A stretch of DNA of 64,000 bases, from assembly GCF_009834535.1 (NCBI RefSeq), contig NC_045713.1:21700001-21764000 (forward strand), written 5' to 3'. Under the pieces are notes generated by a model. It saw only the letters and a program-made list of their open reading frames with translations. It ran no database searches and was not told the DNA's origin. The stretch is from Camelus ferus. Its lineage: Eukaryota. The position numbers were made by a program, and so were the translations under genes. This document shows, one piece after another, positions 60,087-64,000 of this stretch (its first letter is position 1; each line of letters begins with the position of its first letter).

Positions 60087-63000
60087 TCAGCTCAGGATGA
60101 AGGCCAGGAGCAGATTTGAGGTCACAGTGAGCACAGGTCCTGGTCCGAGGAGGTGGGGGCCCCCCGAGAGGGCCTCTGTGCGGAGAGGGGAAGACTCACA
60201 CCCTCCCCCTCACTCTGCCCCGACCCCACCCGCCCGGCCACCCCAGCCCACCTTGGACACTGAAGTCCAGAACCAGGTAGCCATTGGGGATGCCGCCGCG
60301 GAGCCCCAGCCCCAGGCTGTCCAGGTCATCCTGCGACTGCCGGGAGATCCAGTCCCGCACGAGGCTGTTCCCCTTCTCAGCCTTCAGGCCCACCAGGTTT
60401 GGGCCCAGAAGTTTCTGCACCTCAGCAATGGTCAGCGGCTGCCAGGGCCCCCAGACGGCAGTCAGGGTCCACTTGCCTTTCCCCAGAAGGTTGCTTTCCT
60501 CTACTGTGTCCAAACCACCCACCCTATGCCTCCCCATCCAGACCCTGCCTTGGCCCCTCCAGACTTTGGAGAGGGCCTTGGCTACCCCTCAAAAGCCCCA
60601 CCCCTAGATGCCCCCCTTCTCTGTGGTTGTACCAGCACAGCCTCTGTCTGCAGCTTCTTGAACGTGGCTAGGTCCATGTTTATGTTCTGCTGACTGAGAG
60701 CCCGCAGGTCCTCCATGGGGGCCCCACCTGCCCACGGGAGAGGGCCCCCTAAGTGTGAGAGCTTGCAACAGCCCCTAGTCTCACCCTCTGACCACAGGCT
60801 ACCAGAAGCCACTTCCTTTCCTGAGAGTTTTCCCAAAGAATTCCTTTGCCTGGTGACCACCTGACCCTCTGGGTTGGAAGAAAGGCTGGAGGTGCCCAAA
60901 ACTCACAGGATCTCAGCCTATACACACTTGGAGGGACACAGGGTACACTTTGGTCACACGGCCAACAGGCTGCCCAGTGAGGGGGGAATCTGGCAGCATG
61001 GATGCGGGAGCTTCAGGCATCACCCTCCCCTCCCCAGCCATGTCCTCCCTGGCTCACCCAGGTAGGGCTTGATATTCTCAAAGTATTCAGACCCTGTCAT
61101 GTTCTTGAAGACAATGCGGGCCTTGGGATAGAGGACGGCTATCTGCTGTGGGCTGCACGCATCCAGGTCCTGTGGCCTGGTCACCCTGGGGAGGTAGCAC
61201 AGGGCCAGGCAGTGAGCTGGGAGCGTGGCACGCCCACAATACCTGACAGAGCCCTGGACTCACCAGACAACATTGAGGCTCATGGAGCCCAGCTGCTCAG
61301 GGCTGAGAAGGCACAGGTAGGTAGGGTGGAGGGTGGCCAGGGTCTCCAGGGTGGCCTTGTCCAGCTGGCCCCCTCTCACTACATAGCGGGCAATCAGGGC
61401 AGCCACCTGTGGGAAGAGGCCACTAGGTGGCTTGGGGCAGCGAGAGATGTATCCCCTTGGACCTGCACAACCTCACATGTTGTGTCTGCCCCTCCCCACC
61501 CTGGTAGCTGGTCACCTGAGCATCCATCTTGTGTCCTTTGGTAACTTCGAGCAGAGATTTCACAGTCTCCAGGGATGTCACATTCCACTTGTGGATGTCC
61601 TCGGGGGTGACCGAAAGGAAGAAGTACCTCAGGTGCTGGATCAGGGACTCTGGGTATCCCTGTGGGTAGAACTTCCCCGGAAAGTGACCATGAGGGCCAC
61701 AGCCACTCCCCGGGCAGCTGGGAAAGCCGAGCTATGGCAGGCAAGTGGGAGCCCGAGTCCTGAACTACCTCGTCCAATTTGCGCTTAAAAATGTGGAGCT
61801 GCTGGTAGGTGAAAGGTATCAAGTTCACCCGGTCCATCTGAGCAGCCAGCAGGGCCCCATCCACACAGGCCTCCAGCTCCCACTCCTCGTAGAAGATGAG
61901 TTTTTCATCCACCACTTGGGCTTTCCGCCCCGGGGGGCAGGCCTTCTCTGCAGGGGTAGGCAGGGGGTTCGGGACTGGGCTTCTCCCATCAACCTCTTCC
62001 TCCCACACCCACGCTGAGACCCTGGGCAACACATGACCTCTCTGGGTCTCAGTTTATCCATCAGCAAAATGGGGTGTTTCTGTTCACTCTCTTGGGTCAT
62101 CATGATTGACAAGAAGGGCCGCAGGCGCAGGCAGGTGAGACATCACATGCCAGCCCCCACCCTACATCTTCTGACGCCTAATGGGGCTGGGCACTGTGCT
62201 CACTCTCTGTGCCCCGCCGGGCCCTTGGGATGATGACGGTCAGCTCAGGCTGTGGCCAGGACTGGTCCCTGGAGGTGTGCTGCAGCCATGAAGTCGTGAG
62301 GCCCTGAGAACAAAGCAGCGCTGGGACTGAGCAGAGAAGCCTGGCGCTCAAGGACCCCCACCCAGGGCCAGAAAACCCTCTTTGATTCCCCAGAGGGGCC
62401 TTACCAATCCCGTATCTGCAGCCTGGGCCCTGGAAGGTAACATCCACCCTGCAGGGGAGGGCACACCAGGCTCAAGGGATGGCCAGGGACTTCCAGCAAT
62501 GCCTGCTGCAGTCCCCCACCCTGGCGAGGAAGGAGACAAAGCTGGCCCCTCCCAGCCCCGTGCACACCCCATGGGTGTAGAAGCAGAGGGTTAGGCCCCT
62601 GCACCCCACAATATCACGTCCCGCAACACCACACCAGGGAGCACAGGCCTCCTCCTGGGGCCCTACTGCTCAGGGCAGTCAGACACCTGTCTCATGGGCA
62701 CCCTCAGTTTGGCCTGTGCCCCCATCACCACCCTGCCTCAACCTCCAACCCCGTAGGTCACCGCAGTCCAGCATGGGTGCCAGACATAGTCACCTCTCAG
62801 GGCAGAGATATGGCTGACAGCCTGCCTGGGACTTGAGGCACCTGATGAGATTCAAGACACTTGTCTGGGCTCAGGGCACCTACTTAGATTCAGAGCATCT
62901 GCCCAGGATTCGAGGCACCTGCCTAGGGCAGGGTCGGGGGGCACTGTCCACAGCCAGGGAAGGAAGCATAGAGCAGGTAGCGCCTTTCCTAAGGCCCCGA

Positions 63001-63162
63001 GCCCTAGGGACCCACAGCTACCCTTGGACACTCTCTGGCACTCCAGTATTTTGCTGCAGCTCATCGTCATTACTCACCGAGGCTGAGAAGCAGGAGCAGG
63101 AGGCTGCCATGAGTTGAGGTCCCACAGGACTCCAGTGGGGTTCGAGCAGTCTGCAAAGCCAT
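60087..63162 (-). CDS. MSLN: Mesothelin, short form lacking most of the MPF moiety, 401 aa, 10 coding exons
   Basis: Exons: 63078-63162, 62405-62448, 62204-62303, 61769-61947, 61516-61671, 61264-61406, 61058-61185, 60633-60727, 60252-60438, 60087-60175 (1206 nt, phase-consistent). Signal MALQTARTPLESCGTSTHGSLLLLLLSLGW; furin site PRARR; LIFYEEWELEACVD; GGIPNGYLVLD; GPI tail EALSGGPHLLGPGPVLTVTSNLLLAFILS*. Confidence 0.93.
62824..62925. repeat. Degenerate 19-20-nt minisatellite in the MSLN intron after the first coding exon
   Basis: About five units: GCCTGGGACTTGAGGCACCT / GATGAGATTCAAGACACTT / GTCTGGGCTCAGGGCACCT / ACTTAGATTCAGAGCATCT / GCCCAGGATTCGAGGCACCT. Confidence 0.75.
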
Positions 63163-64000
63163 GGTCTGTGGAGGACAGCCACTCTGATGTCCCCACTTCT
63201 TCCCCTCCCCACCGCTTCCCTGCACCCACGATACTGCCCCAGGCCAGTGTGGGGCCTTGTGGGGCTGCAGGGGTCTCAGGGCCCTGGAGGGCTACCAGCT
63301 CAAACCTTCACAGGCCTCCCCGGCAGCGGCAGTGTCTGTGTGTGTGGCCTCTGGCCCTCCTCTCAGGACCAACCAGCCTGCCTGGCCCGCCTCCTCCGGG
63401 AAACCTGCCCTTCTGCCAGAGGGGTCAGGTCTGAGTCAGCCTGGCCCTCAGCTGTGAGAGCCCAGGCGGGCGCCCATCCTCTCTCCCCATGGGGCAGGGC
63501 GGGAGAGTTTCGTGTGCAAGGAAGCAGGGCCTGGCTGGCCTTGGTGTCCCCACCCCAAGCAGAGGGACAGAGCAGTTTGGAGGCTGGGGGTCACGCTGAC
63601 CCCTCAACCTGCAGCATGGCCGTCCTCCCCGCCCACCCACAGCCACAGGTGCCTGGCTTTGTGTAATCCCAGGGCCCTCCTAGGTGGACGAGGCCGCCAC
63701 AGCCCACCTGCCATCCTGGTTTCCCTTCTGAGGTCCTTCCGGAAACAGAGGCCTGGACCAGTGTGAGTGGAAGGTGGGTGGGGTGCTGCTCCCTAAAGAG
63801 GGGGGCTTGCAGGAAACCGAACCACCTTCCACTCTTGCCCTCCCAGAGAGACCCAGAGTGGGAGGCCGCCTACAGCCAAGGGCAGTGGAGCCATACCCTC
63901 CCCCAAACCTTCGCCAAGGCCTGTGTCGGGCCCCACCCCAGCTCAGAAATGGGGGAGAGGCACGTTTATGTCTCAGCAACCGCTTTCAGCCAGGCAAAGA

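Noticed and set aside
59030-60693. 250-aa (-) and 301-aa (+) ORFs antisense to the MSLNL and MSLN 3' exons
   Set aside because: Shadow frames of GC-rich coding exons with no recognisable domain.

Overview
Mammalian genomic DNA, probably from a camelid: it carries a tRNA-Ala-derived vic-1-type SINE, and I saw no ruminant, pig or primate SINEs. The window is syntenic with human 16p13.3 in reverse orientation. The right half holds five spliced genes whose exons I traced by hand: GNG13 (+, 67 aa), CHTF18 (-, 22 exons, 982 aa), RPUSD1 (+, 312 aa), an intact MSLNL (+, 15 coding exons, 719 aa) and MSLN (-, 10 coding exons, 401 aa). The left ~33 kb, the GNG13-LMF1 interval where human has PRR25, has no recognisable protein gene. 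It contains ancient L1, MLT1, Tigger1, MER and LTR fragments, a U6 pseudogene and an orphan CpG-island promoter. The main observation is that mesothelin has cleanly lost, in frame, the six exons encoding most of megakaryocyte potentiating factor (MPF). It keeps its signal peptide, furin site, MUC16-binding region and GPI signal. The tail-to-tail paralogue MSLNL is intact, retains the MPF-like exons and a furin site, and ends in a hydrophobic segment plus a 76-aa tail. Gene exon boundaries are exact; repeat boundaries and family names are approximate because they were judged by eye.
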